Shown here piece by piece: positions 1 to 10,117 of a DNA stretch of 64,000 nt. This DNA is from Acetobacteraceae bacterium (GTDB lineage Bacteria; Pseudomonadota; Alphaproteobacteria; Acetobacterales; Acetobacteraceae). A program made the translations under genes and the position numbers. The stretch is taken from NCBI GenBank assembly GCA_965198825.1, contig CBDAQB010000002.1:431209-495208 (forward strand), read 5' to 3'. The notes under the pieces are model-generated. The model worked only from the letters and a program-made list of their open reading frames with translations, was not told where the DNA came from and did no database searches. How positions within the stretch are numbered: position 1 is the stretch's first letter; every line of letters begins with the position of its first letter.

Positions 1-5
1 AGGAA

Positions 6-2069
6 GTGCTGCTGGCGGAGGAGGTGCTGGGTTTGTTGGCGCCTGGTTCGCCGGTTTGCTCGCTGGCTGGCCGGCTCCCGCTTGCGTCGCTGCCTGGCTT
101 GCTGAGGCGCTGCGCTTTGTTCGTAGGGAACGACAGTGGGCCGAAGCATATCGCGGGGAGCCTAGGCGTGCCGACCGTGGGGGTGCACTCCGGCGTGGTT
201 GACGCACGCGAGTGGGGACCGATGGGCCATGCTTCGGTGGCGGTTCAGAGGCAGATGGTGTGCGGGCCCTGCTACCTGGCGTTCGCAGAGGAATGCCCAC
301 GCGCACTGGCGTGCCTGACCGGGTTGCGGCCACGTGACGTTTATGCGGCGTGCCGGCGGGTGATGGCGGTTGGTCCGGCTGGGCTCTTGGAGAAAGAGGA
401 AGAAGTTGCCGCCATGCAGGCGCCGTTGAACCAGGCGCTGAAGCCCGCTGCCGCGGCAGTGCCGAGTGGCGTCGAGGGCATGTTGGGAGCAGCGCTGTCG
501 GAAGCGAGAGCCTTGGCCTTGCAGCCGCTCGCGCCGGTGGGGGCGCCTCAGGGCTATATCGAGACGGTCGCCTCGGATGGGTCGGGCGTGGTGTGGTTCG
601 TCGGCTGGATGCGGGACGAGCATCCTCTGGAGTTCGCGGCCGTCGTGGCGGCAAGGCGCCAGCATGCGGTCGGGGTGGGGCTGATGGTTTATCCTCGCGC
701 CGACCTGCCGCCGAACGCGCGCGGCGTGATCGGCATCGCGGCTGGGGAATGGGAGCCGGCCGCCGGAGAGGACGGATCGCTGGAGGCCTTCACCTTGTTC
801 TTTGGCGAAGCAGGGCGGTTCCATTTCCGCTGCCACATGCCGCTGCGCCGGCTGACGGTTCAGAAGCTGGCAGGCGAGTACCGGGATCTGCTGGCGCGCG
901 GGCACTCGATGCGGCTGGCGCCGAGCGTGCAGCGCCTGCTTGGCGCGCTCGAGAACTGGGAGCCGACGAAGGCTGGGCCGGCATGGCTAGGGGTGGAGGC
1001 GTCGGTCGATCGGATCCTCCTGGTGCCTGGCCTCGGCTGCATGGTGGAGGGATGGGTGCTAAGCCCGCTGCGACGCATCGATACGCTGCGGCTGCGCGTG
1101 GGCGGCGTGGTGATGACGCTCAGGCAGGAGACGCTCGGGTGGAAGCGCCGGCAGGATCTCGTCGCCGCCTATCCTGGCAGCGCCTCCATGGCGGGGCGCG
1201 CGGGGTTCGTGGGTCTGTTCGAATCGGGCGAGGAGCCGGTGGATTTTGCCGAGTCTATCCTCAAGCTGGTGTTCGAGGGCGGTACGTCGGTGAACTGGGT
1301 CGTTCCACCGAAACTGTTCAGGCGGTTGGGACAGTCGGCGAGTCTGGACGATGCTCGCCTCTTCTTTCCGGCCTTGGAGGAAGAGGCGTTCTTTTCGCAA
1401 TTCGCGGCGGCGGCCGTGCGAGCGGAGCGGGCATTGATGGCGCCGCCGCAGGTGATCCAGGCGGCCGCGGCGAAGCGGGTGCTGGTGTTCGGCCTCCCCA
1501 CCGAGCGGTGCGACCTGTTCCTGTTGTTCGAGGAGGTGGCGCGGCGCTGCAGGCGGCCGGATGCGGCTGGGTTCGATGGCGTGGTTTTTCTCGGCACAGC
1601 AGGCAGCGGCCGGTCGGATGCGCTGTGGATGGTGCGCGAATTCATGCGCGATGCGCCGGCGGCCGCGGCCAGCCTGATGATGATCGCCGACCAGAGCCAG
1701 GCCCTGGCGCAATTGCCTGGCGTGCTCGGGCTGGTGGGTGCGGAGCGCTTCCTGTTCGTGGCGGCAGGGTCGTTCCTGACTGCCGCAGGGTGGGATGTCG
1801 TGCCCTTCGTGCTGGAGGAAACGCCTGGGCTGGTGTGCCTGACGGGCGCGGACCGCACTCCGGGCGCGCGCGCCTTCGGCTGGTCGGCGGACGCGTTCGC
1901 GCTCTGGTCGGAAGGAGCGCCGCGGTTCGTGGGCGGCATCTTCGGCGACAACGGGCTCAGCGCAGAGACGCCAGTCATCGTGGCTGACGCGGTGCGGTCG
2001 AGCCGGGCAGAGGGGCGCAACAGGTTGCAGGATGCGGTGAACCGCGTTCTAGCGGAGACGCCAGCGTGA
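6..2069 (+). CDS. Glycosyltransferase family 9 (heptosyltransferase-like) C-terminal part fused to a large unknown domain; 5' end probably outside the window
   Basis: GT9-type motif FVGNDSGPKHIA...GVPTV and Cys-rich CGPCYL..C tail in the first ~120 aa; frame is open to the window edge; remaining ~550 aa not recognised. Confidence 0.7.
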   Translation: MLLAEEVLGLLAPGSPVCSLAGRLPLASLPGLLRRCALFVGNDSGPKHIAGSLGVPTVGVHSGVVDAREWGPMGHASVAVQRQMVCGPCYLAFAEECPRALACLTGLRPRDVYAACRRVMAVGPAGLLEKEEEVAAMQAPLNQALKPAAAAVPSGVEGMLGAALSEARALALQPLAPVGAPQGYIETVASDGSGVVWFVGWMRDEHPLEFAAVVAARRQHAVGVGLMVYPRADLPPNARGVIGIAAGEWEPAAGEDGSLEAFTLFFGEAGRFHFRCHMPLRRLTVQKLAGEYRDLLARGHSMRLAPSVQRLLGALENWEPTKAGPAWLGVEASVDRILLVPGLGCMVEGWVLSPLRRIDTLRLRVGGVVMTLRQETLGWKRRQDLVAAYPGSASMAGRAGFVGLFESGEEPVDFAESILKLVFEGGTSVNWVVPPKLFRRLGQSASLDDARLFFPALEEEAFFSQFAAAAVRAERALMAPPQVIQAAAAKRVLVFGLPTERCDLFLLFEEVARRCRRPDAAGFDGVVFLGTAGSGRSDALWMVREFMRDAPAAAASLMMIADQSQALAQLPGVLGLVGAERFLFVAAGSFLTAAGWDVVPFVLEETPGLVCLTGADRTPGARAFGWSADAFALWSEGAPRFVGGIFGDNGLSAETPVIVADAVRSSRAEGRNRLQDAVNRVLAETPA

Positions 2070-3325
2070 CCATCGCCATCGTCGCGCATACCCATCCGTC
2101 GGTCAGCAAAGGCGGTGCCGAGATCGCGGCCTTTGCGCTCTACGAGGGGCTGCTGGCGTCGGGTACAGAGGCCATCTTCATCGCCCTCTGCCATGAGCAG
2201 GACCGCGAGTCGCTAAGGCTGGGGTCGGACCGCGAGTTCGCCATCATGACGGACCCGATGCGCTACGATCATTTCTACCAGCTCGCCTCGCCTGACGTGT
2301 GGCGGCAATTGTCGGCGATCCTGCGCGGCCGTGACGTACGTCTGGTGAATTTCCACCACTTCCTCGGCCTCGGCGTGAACACGCTGCACCGGCTGGTGTC
2401 CGACACCGGCATCCCTTTCGTGGTGACGTTCCACGAGTTCCTGGCGATCTGTAACCACCATGGGCAGATGGTCACGAGGCCGGCGCGCCGGCTGTGTGAC
2501 ATGGCGAGTCCAGAGGCGTGCAGCGCCTGTTACCCGGAGCATTCGCGCGCCCAGTTCGCCCGAAGAGCCACGCTGATCTGCGAGGCGCTGATGCCCGCGG
2601 CGGCCTTCGTCTCGCCCAGCCGCTTCCTGGCGGACCGGATGATCGCCTGGGGACTGCCTGCCGACCGGTTCGCTGTGATCGAGAACGGGCTGCGGCGCGT
2701 GGAGGCGCCTGTGCCGCCGAGGCGGACGCGCGGGAAGCCTTGGGTATTCGGCTATTTCGGCCAGCTCACGCCATTCAAGGGCGGTGATATCCTGCTCGAC
2801 GCGATCGAAAACCTCGGGCAATCGGCGGAGCATGGCATTCGGCTGCGGCTGCACGGCACGCTCGTCGGGCAGCCGCCGGAGTTCGTCAAACGCTTCGAGG
2901 CAGCGTTCGCGTCGCAGGAATGGGCGCGCTTCCTGGGGCCCTACGACAATGCCGACGTCGGCGCGCTGATGAGCGCATGCGACTACGTGCTCATGCCGAG
3001 CACCTGGTGGGAAAACTCGCCGGTCGTCATTCAGGAGGCGTTCGCCGCAGGACGCCCTGTGATCTGCACAGGGATAGGCGGTATGGCCGAGAAAGTGCCC
3101 GACAGGCAGGCGGGGCTTCATTTTCGTCGCGGCGATGCGGCCGATCTGGCCCGGGTGATGCGAGAGGCGGCCGACGATGTGCTCTACGCCGCGCTTTGCT
3201 CGCAATTGCCGGGAGTGATGGATGGGGCTGCGATGGCGCGCGCCTACTTGGCGCTGTTTGAGCGGATGGGGGTAGGAAGCAGTTCTTTTTTGAAAAAAAG
3301 AACCAAAAAACTTTTGCGAACTTAG
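2066..3325 (+). CDS. Glycosyltransferase family 4 (GT-B)
   Basis: N-terminal GGAEI motif, C-terminal PSTWWENSPVVIQEA; 4-nt overlap with upstream stop; last 16 codons come from repeat A1. Confidence 0.85.
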   Translation: MTIAIVAHTHPSVSKGGAEIAAFALYEGLLASGTEAIFIALCHEQDRESLRLGSDREFAIMTDPMRYDHFYQLASPDVWRQLSAILRGRDVRLVNFHHFLGLGVNTLHRLVSDTGIPFVVTFHEFLAICNHHGQMVTRPARRLCDMASPEACSACYPEHSRAQFARRATLICEALMPAAAFVSPSRFLADRMIAWGLPADRFAVIENGLRRVEAPVPPRRTRGKPWVFGYFGQLTPFKGGDILLDAIENLGQSAEHGIRLRLHGTLVGQPPEFVKRFEAAFASQEWARFLGPYDNADVGALMSACDYVLMPSTWWENSPVVIQEAFAAGRPVICTGIGGMAEKVPDRQAGLHFRRGDAADLARVMREAADDVLYAALCSQLPGVMDGAAMARAYLALFERMGVGSSSFLKKRTKKLLRT

Positions 3326-3406
3326 GCTGGGCCATCGTCACGATCTCGGTCCCATAGCCCAAAAGTTATTTGCTTCTTTTTTTCAAAAAAGAAGCGCTGC
3401 CTTCCT
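3275..3406. repeat. AT-rich inverted-repeat element, family A copy 1 (complete)
   Basis: Left arm GTTCTTTTTTGAAAAAAAGAACCAAAAAACTTTT, 45-bp spacer, right arm AAAAGTTATTTGCTTCTTTTTTTCAAAAAAGAAG; TA at both flanks. Confidence 0.95.
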
Positions 3407-3514
3407 TACTTACTACTACCCACGTCTGTAAAATCGCCTCCGCTGGAGTGAAGCTTCAGTGATAGCATCAAACCACGCTTGATTCTGTCGCGCCGATGAA
3501 CATACGTTAGGCGG

Positions 3515-4513
3515 ATGTATTTATCGGGCAAGGCAATGGTCTCAGCGGAACGCAAGTTGCCGGTTTCACGCTTGATGGCTGTGTTAATTGCAGGGGCCTG
3601 TCTGTTGGCCAGCGGCAGCGCGCAGGCGCAGCACCGCACGGTTCGGATCGGCTACCAGAAATACGGCAATCTCGTGCTGGAGAAGGTGCGGGGATCGCTG
3701 GAGAAACGGCTGGCGCCAATGGGCGTGAGCGTGACCTGGACAGAATTTCTGGGCGGGCCTGCGCTGCTGGAGGCAATGGGCGGCGGAAGCGTGGATTTCG
3801 GCATTGCGGGCGACACGCCGCCGATTTTCGCGCAGGCTGCCGGGGTGAAGCTCGCCTATGTCGGCGTGGAGCCGGCGGCGCCGCATGGGGAGGCGCTGAT
3901 CGTGCTGCAAAGCTCGCCGATCAAGACCATTGCGGATCTCAAGGGGAAGCGGGTGGCGCTGAACCGCGGATCAAACGTGCATAATCTGCTGGTGCAAGTG
4001 CTGGCGGAGGCGAACCTGACGCCTGCTGATATTCAGACGGTGTTTCTCAAGCCCTCCGACGCACGGCCGGCGTTCGAGAACGGCAGCGTTGATGCGTGGG
4101 TGATCTGGGATCCCTATCTTGCGGCCGCGGAAACAGCGCTCCTCACGCGCAAGATTGCGGACGGCGTCGCGCCTGACGGCAAGGTGGTGGACGAGAACCG
4201 CGAGTATCTGCTGGCGAGCGCGGAGTTCGCGTCGCGCCAGCCCGATCTCGTCAAGGCCATTCTGGCGGATCTCGCCGAGACCGAAGCCTATGCGTCGGGT
4301 CATCGCGCACAGCTGACGGCGTTGCTGGCGCCTGAGATGGGCATGGATCCCAAGGCAGTGCAGCGCGCCGTCGATCGGCTGTCGTTCGGCGTGCTGCCTG
4401 TGGATTCAAAGATCGCCGCAGGGCAGCAGGCGATCGCCGACACATTGGCAAAACTCAATCTCATTCCGGACCCGGTGGACATCCACGAGGCCCTTCCCGC
4501 CCACGCGCTTTAG
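3515..4513 (+). CDS. ssuA: Aliphatic sulfonate ABC transporter substrate-binding protein
   Basis: Signal peptide; [24 protein letters not shown] motifs; operon with ssuD/C/B. Confidence 0.9.
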   Translation: MYLSGKAMVSAERKLPVSRLMAVLIAGACLLASGSAQAQHRTVRIGYQKYGNLVLEKVRGSLEKRLAPMGVSVTWTEFLGGPALLEAMGGGSVDFGIAGDTPPIFAQAAGVKLAYVGVEPAAPHGEALIVLQSSPIKTIADLKGKRVALNRGSNVHNLLVQVLAEANLTPADIQTVFLKPSDARPAFENGSVDAWVIWDPYLAAAETALLTRKIADGVAPDGKVVDENREYLLASAEFASRQPDLVKAILADLAETEAYASGHRAQLTALLAPEMGMDPKAVQRAVDRLSFGVLPVDSKIAAGQQAIADTLAKLNLIPDPVDIHEALPAHAL

Positions 4514-4526
4514 GGACAATTCGACC

Positions 4527-5690
4527 ATGCAAGTTCTTTGGTTCCTGCCGACACACGGCGATGGACGCTATCTGGCGACCCAGGTCGGCGGCCGTGCCCT
4601 GACGTTCGACTATTTGCGCCAGGTGGCGCAGGCGGCCGACCAGTCCGGCTATTATGGCGTGCTGCTACCGACGGGGCGCTCCTGCGAGGATAGCTGGGTG
4701 GTGGCCTCCACGGTGGCGCCGTTTACCAAGCAGCTGCGCTTCCTGGTGGCGCTGCGCCCCGGGCTGGTGTCGCCCGTCATGGGCGCGCGCATGGCGGCCG
4801 CACTCGACCGCGCGACGGACGGGCGGCTGCTCATCAACGTCGTCACCGGCGGCGATCCGGTTGAGCTCAAGGGCGACGGCATGTGGCTGGCGCACGACGA
4901 GCGCTACGGGCTGACGGACGAGTTCCTGCAGGTGTGGCGCCGAGTCATGTCGGGCGAGAGCGTGACGTTCGAAGGCAAGCACATCCATGTCGAGGACGCG
5001 CGCCTCGCCTTTCCGCCTGTGCAGACGCCTTATCCGCCGCTGTGGTTCGGCGGCTCTTCGGCAGCCGGCATCGATGTCGCGGCAGAACAATGCGACGTGT
5101 ATCTCACCTGGGGCGAGCCGCCGGCCGCTGTCGCGGAAAAGATCAAGGTGGCACAAGCAGCCGCCGAAAAGCGTGGCCGTCGATTCAAGTTCGGCATCCG
5201 CATGCACATCGTGGTGCGCGAAACACGCCAGGCCGCCTGGGACGCTGCGAACGACCTCATCCGCTATGTCGACGAGCAAGTAATCGCCAATGCCCAGAAA
5301 GTGTTCGCACGCTACGACAGCGTGGGGCAGCAGCGCATGGCCGCGCTGCACGGCGGCGACAAATCGAAGCTGGAAATCAGCCCCGACCTCTGGGCCGGCG
5401 TGGGCCTCGTGCGGGGCGGCGCGGGCACGGCGCTCGTCGGTGACGCGGACACCGTGGCTAAGCGCCTGATCGAATATAGCGATCTTGGCGTCGATAGCTT
5501 CATCCTCTCGGGATACCCTCATCTCGAAGAGGCGTACCGCGTCGCGGAATTGCTGTTCCCACGCCTGCCTTTGTCGCATGGCACTATGAAGATCGGCAGC
5601 GATGTCGCTTTGAATGGACCGTTCGGAGAGATCATTGCCAATGAGCGTATGCCTAAGTCGGCTTCTCCTGTGATGGCTGCTGCTTCTTGA
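4527..5690 (+). CDS. ssuD: FMNH2-dependent alkanesulfonate monooxygenase
   Basis: [40 protein letters not shown] motifs. Confidence 0.95.
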   Translation: MQVLWFLPTHGDGRYLATQVGGRALTFDYLRQVAQAADQSGYYGVLLPTGRSCEDSWVVASTVAPFTKQLRFLVALRPGLVSPVMGARMAAALDRATDGRLLINVVTGGDPVELKGDGMWLAHDERYGLTDEFLQVWRRVMSGESVTFEGKHIHVEDARLAFPPVQTPYPPLWFGGSSAAGIDVAAEQCDVYLTWGEPPAAVAEKIKVAQAAAEKRGRRFKFGIRMHIVVRETRQAAWDAANDLIRYVDEQVIANAQKVFARYDSVGQQRMAALHGGDKSKLEISPDLWAGVGLVRGGAGTALVGDADTVAKRLIEYSDLGVDSFILSGYPHLEEAYRVAELLFPRLPLSHGTMKIGSDVALNGPFGEIIANERMPKSASPVMAAAS

Positions 5691-5710
5691 AGAAAAAGGA
5701 AAGCGGCAGG

Positions 5711-5790
5711 AAGGCCAGGGACTCTGCCCCTGGACCCCGTCGTGCGAAAGCACGCGCTGCGCGCTGGGTGGGAGTGACCTCCCAGACCCG
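5711..5790. repeat. GC-rich palindromic element, family B (partial), between ssuD and ssuC
   Basis: AAGGCCAGGGACTCTGCCCCTGGACCCC matches the family B left arm (1 mismatch); ends with GGGAGTGACCTCCCAGACCC inner-hairpin variant. Confidence 0.75.
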
Positions 5791-5853
5791 CGGACACTCG
5801 CATAACGATTATCTTGAAGCTAACGCTACGAGCTTTCTGGATGCGCCGCTCCG

Positions 5854-6627
5854 ATGACAACGAGCCGTACCCGTCAGGCACTCCTCAGCTGGGTAGTGCC
5901 CATCCTCCTCGTTGCCGTCTGGGAACTCGTCTCCGAAACAGGCATCGTCTCGGTCCATAAATTGCCGCCGCCGCATCAGGTGGTGGTGGCCGGATGGAAG
6001 ATGCTGCTGAAGGGCGAGCTGGTGCGCGATGTGCTCGTCTCGACAGCACGCGCAGCCGCAGGGTTTGCAATCGGCGGAGGGCTAGGCTTCATCTTTGGGC
6101 TTTTCGCCGGCGTCTGCCGCGCCGCGGAAACGACGGTGGACAGCTCGCTGCAGATGCTGCGCATGGTGCCGCATCTCGCCTTGATCCCGCTGATCATTCT
6201 TTGGTTCGGCATCGGCGAGTCGGCGAAGATCTTCCTCGTGGCGCTCGGCGTGTTCTTCCCGATCTACTACAACACCTACCACGGCATACGCGGCATCGAC
6301 GATGGGCTGCTCGAAATGGCGCGCATCCAGGGCCTGGGCAAATGGGCGCTGTTCCGGGAAGTGATCTTTCCCGGCGCGCTGCCTTCCATCCTTGTCGGCG
6401 TGCGCTACGGACTTGGCATTATGTGGCTGACGCTCATCGTGGCGGAGACCATCGCCGGCAATGCCGGGATCGGCTTCATGACGATGAACGCCCGTGAGTT
6501 TATGCAAACCGATGTCGTGCTGCTGGGCATCGTTCTCTACGCGTTACTCGGTAAACTGATCGATGTCGGCGCGCGCCGGATCGAAGGGAGTGCACTCGCA
6601 TGGCATCCGTCCTTCGGCAGCAACTGA
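5854..6627 (+). CDS. ssuC: Sulfonate ABC transporter permease
   Basis: Hydrophobic; [24 protein letters not shown]-region motifs. Confidence 0.9.
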   Translation: MTTSRTRQALLSWVVPILLVAVWELVSETGIVSVHKLPPPHQVVVAGWKMLLKGELVRDVLVSTARAAAGFAIGGGLGFIFGLFAGVCRAAETTVDSSLQMLRMVPHLALIPLIILWFGIGESAKIFLVALGVFFPIYYNTYHGIRGIDDGLLEMARIQGLGKWALFREVIFPGALPSILVGVRYGLGIMWLTLIVAETIAGNAGIGFMTMNAREFMQTDVVLLGIVLYALLGKLIDVGARRIEGSALAWHPSFGSN

Positions 6628-7415
6628 ACCCGTTCGCGGACGCGCTCCCACGCGAACGCCCGGCGTCGCGCGCCTTCGAGCTGCCGGCGCCCGCAAACCG
6701 CAACCGCGGGCTGCCGATCGCAGTCAACGGCATTGCCAAAAGCTTTGGCGGCCGCTCGGTTCTTCGCAAGATCAGCCTCGATATTGCCCCTGGCCAATTC
6801 GTGGCCGTCGTCGGGCGTAGCGGTTCGGGCAAGAGCACGCTGCTGCGCCTTCTCGCCGGTCTCGAGGCGCCGGACGAGGGGAATGTGCTGCTCGGTGGCC
6901 GTTCGCCGCAGGAAGCTTCGGCCGCCCTGCGCATCATGTTCCAGGACGGAAGGCTGCTGCCGTGGCGTTCGGTAATTGCCAACGTAGCGTTGGGGCTGCC
7001 CCGTGCGGCAAGGCAGCGGGCCGTGGACGCGCTGGCGTCAGTCGGGCTCGCCGACCGTGCGGACGAGTGGCCTCGTGTGCTGTCGGGTGGGCAGAAGCAG
7101 CGGGTGGCGCTGGCGCGTGCGCTTGCTGCGGAGCCTGGTCTGATCCTGCTTGATGAGCCGCTCGGCGCCCTTGATGCGCTGACACGGCTTGAGATGCAGG
7201 CGCTTATCGAAGATTTGTGGCGCCGCCTTGGATTTTCGGCTGTTTTGGTAACGCATGATGTGGCGGAAGCCGCTCTACTCGCGGATCGGATCTTGCTGAT
7301 CGAGGATGGCGGGATTGCTCTCGATATCGCGGTGGATCTGCCTCGCCCAAGGCGGCCGGGGCCTGAGGTGGCCGCGATCGAACAGAAGATCTTGGGGCAT
7401 CTGTTGAAGGGGTAG
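6600..7415 (+). CDS. ssuB: Sulfonate ABC transporter ATP-binding protein
   Basis: Walker [14 protein letters not shown] signature, LLDEP Walker B. Confidence 0.9.
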   Translation: MASVLRQQLNPFADALPRERPASRAFELPAPANRNRGLPIAVNGIAKSFGGRSVLRKISLDIAPGQFVAVVGRSGSGKSTLLRLLAGLEAPDEGNVLLGGRSPQEASAALRIMFQDGRLLPWRSVIANVALGLPRAARQRAVDALASVGLADRADEWPRVLSGGQKQRVALARALAAEPGLILLDEPLGALDALTRLEMQALIEDLWRRLGFSAVLVTHDVAEAALLADRILLIEDGGIALDIAVDLPRPRRPGPEVAAIEQKILGHLLKG

Positions 7416-7545
7416 CGAAGCACTTCTTTTTTGAAAAAAAGAAGCAAAAACTTTTGGACTGCGGGACCGAGATCGCGACGCAGACTCAGCCTAAATTCGC
7501 AAAAGTTCCTTTGTTCTTTTTTTCAAAAAAGAACTGCTTTCTTTC
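7415..7545. repeat. Family A copy 2 (complete), fills the gap between convergent stop codons
   Basis: Both arms present, 45-bp spacer; bounded by ssuB TAG and the GGDEF gene TAG. Confidence 0.95.
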
Positions 7546-8912
7546 TAACCCACCATCTCTAGCTTTTCGAACAACGAGAACCGCCCCTTTCCAGTCCGCT
7601 TGGCGTGATACAGCGCCTGGTCGGCTTCGCTGAGCAGGGCTTCGGGTGTTTCGTGGTGGATATCGGCGATGACGATACCGACGCTAATGCCGATATTCAC
7701 TTCCTGGCCTTCCGGGCCGAAGCGGCGCGGCATGTTGGTGACGATGCGCGCGGCGACAACGGCGGCTTCGTCGGCGCTGTTGATGCGGTCGAGAAGCATG
7801 GCAAATTCGTCGCCGCCTAGGCGGGCGACGAGATCGTCCTGGCGGTAGACGCAGCCTTTGAGGAAGAGGGCGGTTTCGCGTAGCAGGTCGTCGCCGGCGG
7901 CGTGGCCGAGTTGGTCGTTGACCTGCTTGAAGCCGTCGAGGTCCATGGTGACGATGGCGAAGGAGGCGTCCCCGCGGCGCCGGCGCGGAACCAGGCGGGT
8001 CATGAGGCGGTCCATGAATTGCGCGCGGTTGGGCAGGCCGGTGAGGAAGTCGTGGCGGGCCATGTGGGCAACTTCGGCTTCGGCCAGGCGGCGGAGCTTG
8101 TCCGACGCGAGAAGCCAGCCCGCGTTGTGCCAGATGAGCACAGCCATGGAGAGCATGGTGAGCATGACCATGACCGCGACGCCGATTTGCTGGCTGTAGA
8201 GGCCGGCTGTTTCGCCTTCCTGCCTGAGCCAGCCTAGGGCGACGGGGATGATGACGGCCGCGGGGAGAAGCGCACGGCTGGAGCGGCCGGCGGGGCCGCG
8301 GTCGGAAATGCGGGCGACAAGGCCGCGGTCTGCGGTTTCGAGCAGGATGAAGGCGGCGAGTGAGAGGAAGGCGATGGCGGCGTGCAGCGCCATCGGGTGG
8401 AGGGCGGCTACCACATAGAAGGCGGCGACGCCGTAGAGGTGGCCGACCATGGTGAAGACGGCGATGAGGGCGGCGACGAACGCCATGGCTTGGAGGGCTA
8501 CCACGTCGCGCTTAGAGCGTCGGCCCATCAGGAGCACGGCGGCGCTGATCAGGACGAAGCAGCCGGCGGTGTTAGGCGCGATCCGGCTGGGGCGAGCGTA
8601 GCCGGTGGTGAGCTGCGAAGCGAAGAAACTAGTGTCGACGTTAAAGTGGGTGCCGAGGACCAGGTCGGCGAGCTTGAGGACGCCGATGAGGCCGGCGGCG
8701 GCGATCAGGATCGTGCCGGCCGTGTTGGCGACACGGCCACCGCGAAACCGGACGATCAGGCCGGTACTGATGAGGAGGAAGGCCACAGCGGTTGCTGGGT
8801 TCATGGTGACCGAGCCGAGGCCGATGCGTTTCAACGGCTCTATGGCGAACGTCCAGCCGGCGAGCACAAGCGTGCCTATCGCAAACGGGATTGTCGCCAG
8901 CAGCCGTATCAA
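7545..8912 (-). CDS. Membrane-bound diguanylate cyclase (GGDEF)
   Basis: Multi-TM N-terminus; DFLTGLPNR, DLDGFKQVND..GH..GD, intact GGDEF and RxxD I-site (RQDD). Confidence 0.9.
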   Translation of the reverse strand: MIRLLATIPFAIGTLVLAGWTFAIEPLKRIGLGSVTMNPATAVAFLLISTGLIVRFRGGRVANTAGTILIAAAGLIGVLKLADLVLGTHFNVDTSFFASQLTTGYARPSRIAPNTAGCFVLISAAVLLMGRRSKRDVVALQAMAFVAALIAVFTMVGHLYGVAAFYVVAALHPMALHAAIAFLSLAAFILLETADRGLVARISDRGPAGRSSRALLPAAVIIPVALGWLRQEGETAGLYSQQIGVAVMVMLTMLSMAVLIWHNAGWLLASDKLRRLAEAEVAHMARHDFLTGLPNRAQFMDRLMTRLVPRRRRGDASFAIVTMDLDGFKQVNDQLGHAAGDDLLRETALFLKGCVYRQDDLVARLGGDEFAMLLDRINSADEAAVVAARIVTNMPRRFGPEGQEVNIGISVGIVIADIHHETPEALLSEADQALYHAKRTGKGRFSLFEKLEMVG

Positions 8913-9112
8913 GATGGCTTTCTCCGCCCTTCAAATAGCGACAATGCTCCGGGCCTGGAACATTCTACAACCAGGCTATAACAGTTTCGTGTGTAACGCA
9001 ACCTTAGGTAGAAATAGGCGCACAGAAGCTCTGGTCTGCTGCGGCCGATGAGGGGCATACCCTCCGCTGCGCCTTCTGTTAGGGTTGGCAAGCGTCTTTC
9101 CAGGATCAGCCG

Positions 9113-9985
9113 ATGACCTATCGCAAGCTTCTCCTGCCGCTCACTGCCGATGCCGCGGGCGAGGCGGCGCTTGCCACCGGGTTGATGCTAGCGAAGCAGT
9201 GGGGCGCGCATCTCACCTGCCTCGCCGTGCAGGTCGATAGCCGGGATGTCGCGCCGCTGGCGGGCGAAGGGCTGTCCGGGACAATGATCGAGGAGATGAT
9301 GCACGCGACCGAGCGGCAGAACGCCGAGGCCGCCCGGCAGGCGGCTGCGTTGTTTGCGCGCGCCGCGGAAACGCTGGGGGTCGAGGTCGCTGAGAGCGGA
9401 GCTGCCGCGCGGCCGGGCGAAGCGAGCACCAGCTTTACGGCAGTTGTCGGACGAGAGGAGGAACTCGTGCCCGCGCTGGCGCGGCTAAGCGACCTCACCG
9501 TTTTGCCGCACCCGAAACGCGAGGCGGACGCAGCCGGATCAGACGCGCTTCACGCCGTGCTGTTCGACAGCGGGCGGCCGGTTCTCATCGCGCCACGCCA
9601 GGCGCCGGCGTCGCTGGGAACGCGCTGCGCCGTCGCCTGGAACGGCACGCATCAGGGAGCGGCCGCACTCGCTGCGATTTTGCCTTGGCTGCGGAAGGCG
9701 GAGGCGGTGCGGGTGCTTTACGCGGCTGAATATCAGAGGCGCGATCCGCCGGCTTCCGAGGTGCTGCCCTATCTCGCCATGCATGGCGTATCGGCAGATG
9801 CGGCCGAGTTCCGGGTGGAAGGCGGCGCTGTCGGGGCCGGGTTGCTGGCGGGGGCTGCTGCGTTCGGCGCCGATCTGCTGGGCATGGGAGCTTATGCGCA
9901 CTCGCGTTTGCGCCAGGCTATTCTGGGCGGTGTGACGCGGCATGTTCTGGGGAACGCGGCTCTGCCGGTTTTGATGAGTCGGTAA
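9113..9985 (+). CDS. Universal stress protein (tandem UspA domains)
   Basis: DSGRPVL, VAWNG, DLLGMGAYAHSRLRQAILGGVTRHVL. Confidence 0.9.
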   Translation: MTYRKLLLPLTADAAGEAALATGLMLAKQWGAHLTCLAVQVDSRDVAPLAGEGLSGTMIEEMMHATERQNAEAARQAAALFARAAETLGVEVAESGAAARPGEASTSFTAVVGREEELVPALARLSDLTVLPHPKREADAAGSDALHAVLFDSGRPVLIAPRQAPASLGTRCAVAWNGTHQGAAALAAILPWLRKAEAVRVLYAAEYQRRDPPASEVLPYLAMHGVSADAAEFRVEGGAVGAGLLAGAAAFGADLLGMGAYAHSRLRQAILGGVTRHVLGNAALPVLMSR

Positions 9986-10117
9986 GAGAGCAAGGACTTC
10001 TTTTTTGAAAAAAAGAAGCAAAAAACTTTTTCCGATGTGGGACCGGGATCGTGGGTCACGCCGAGCCCAAGTGGCAAAAGTTTTTTGGTTCTTTTTTTCA
10101 AAAAAGAACTGCTTTCT
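9985..10117. repeat. Family A copy 3 (complete)
   Basis: Both arms, 45-bp spacer; bounded by convergent TAA stops. Confidence 0.95.

Noticed and set aside
3405-3420. TTACTTACTACTACC microsatellite-like run
   Set aside because: Too short and imperfect to support phase variation
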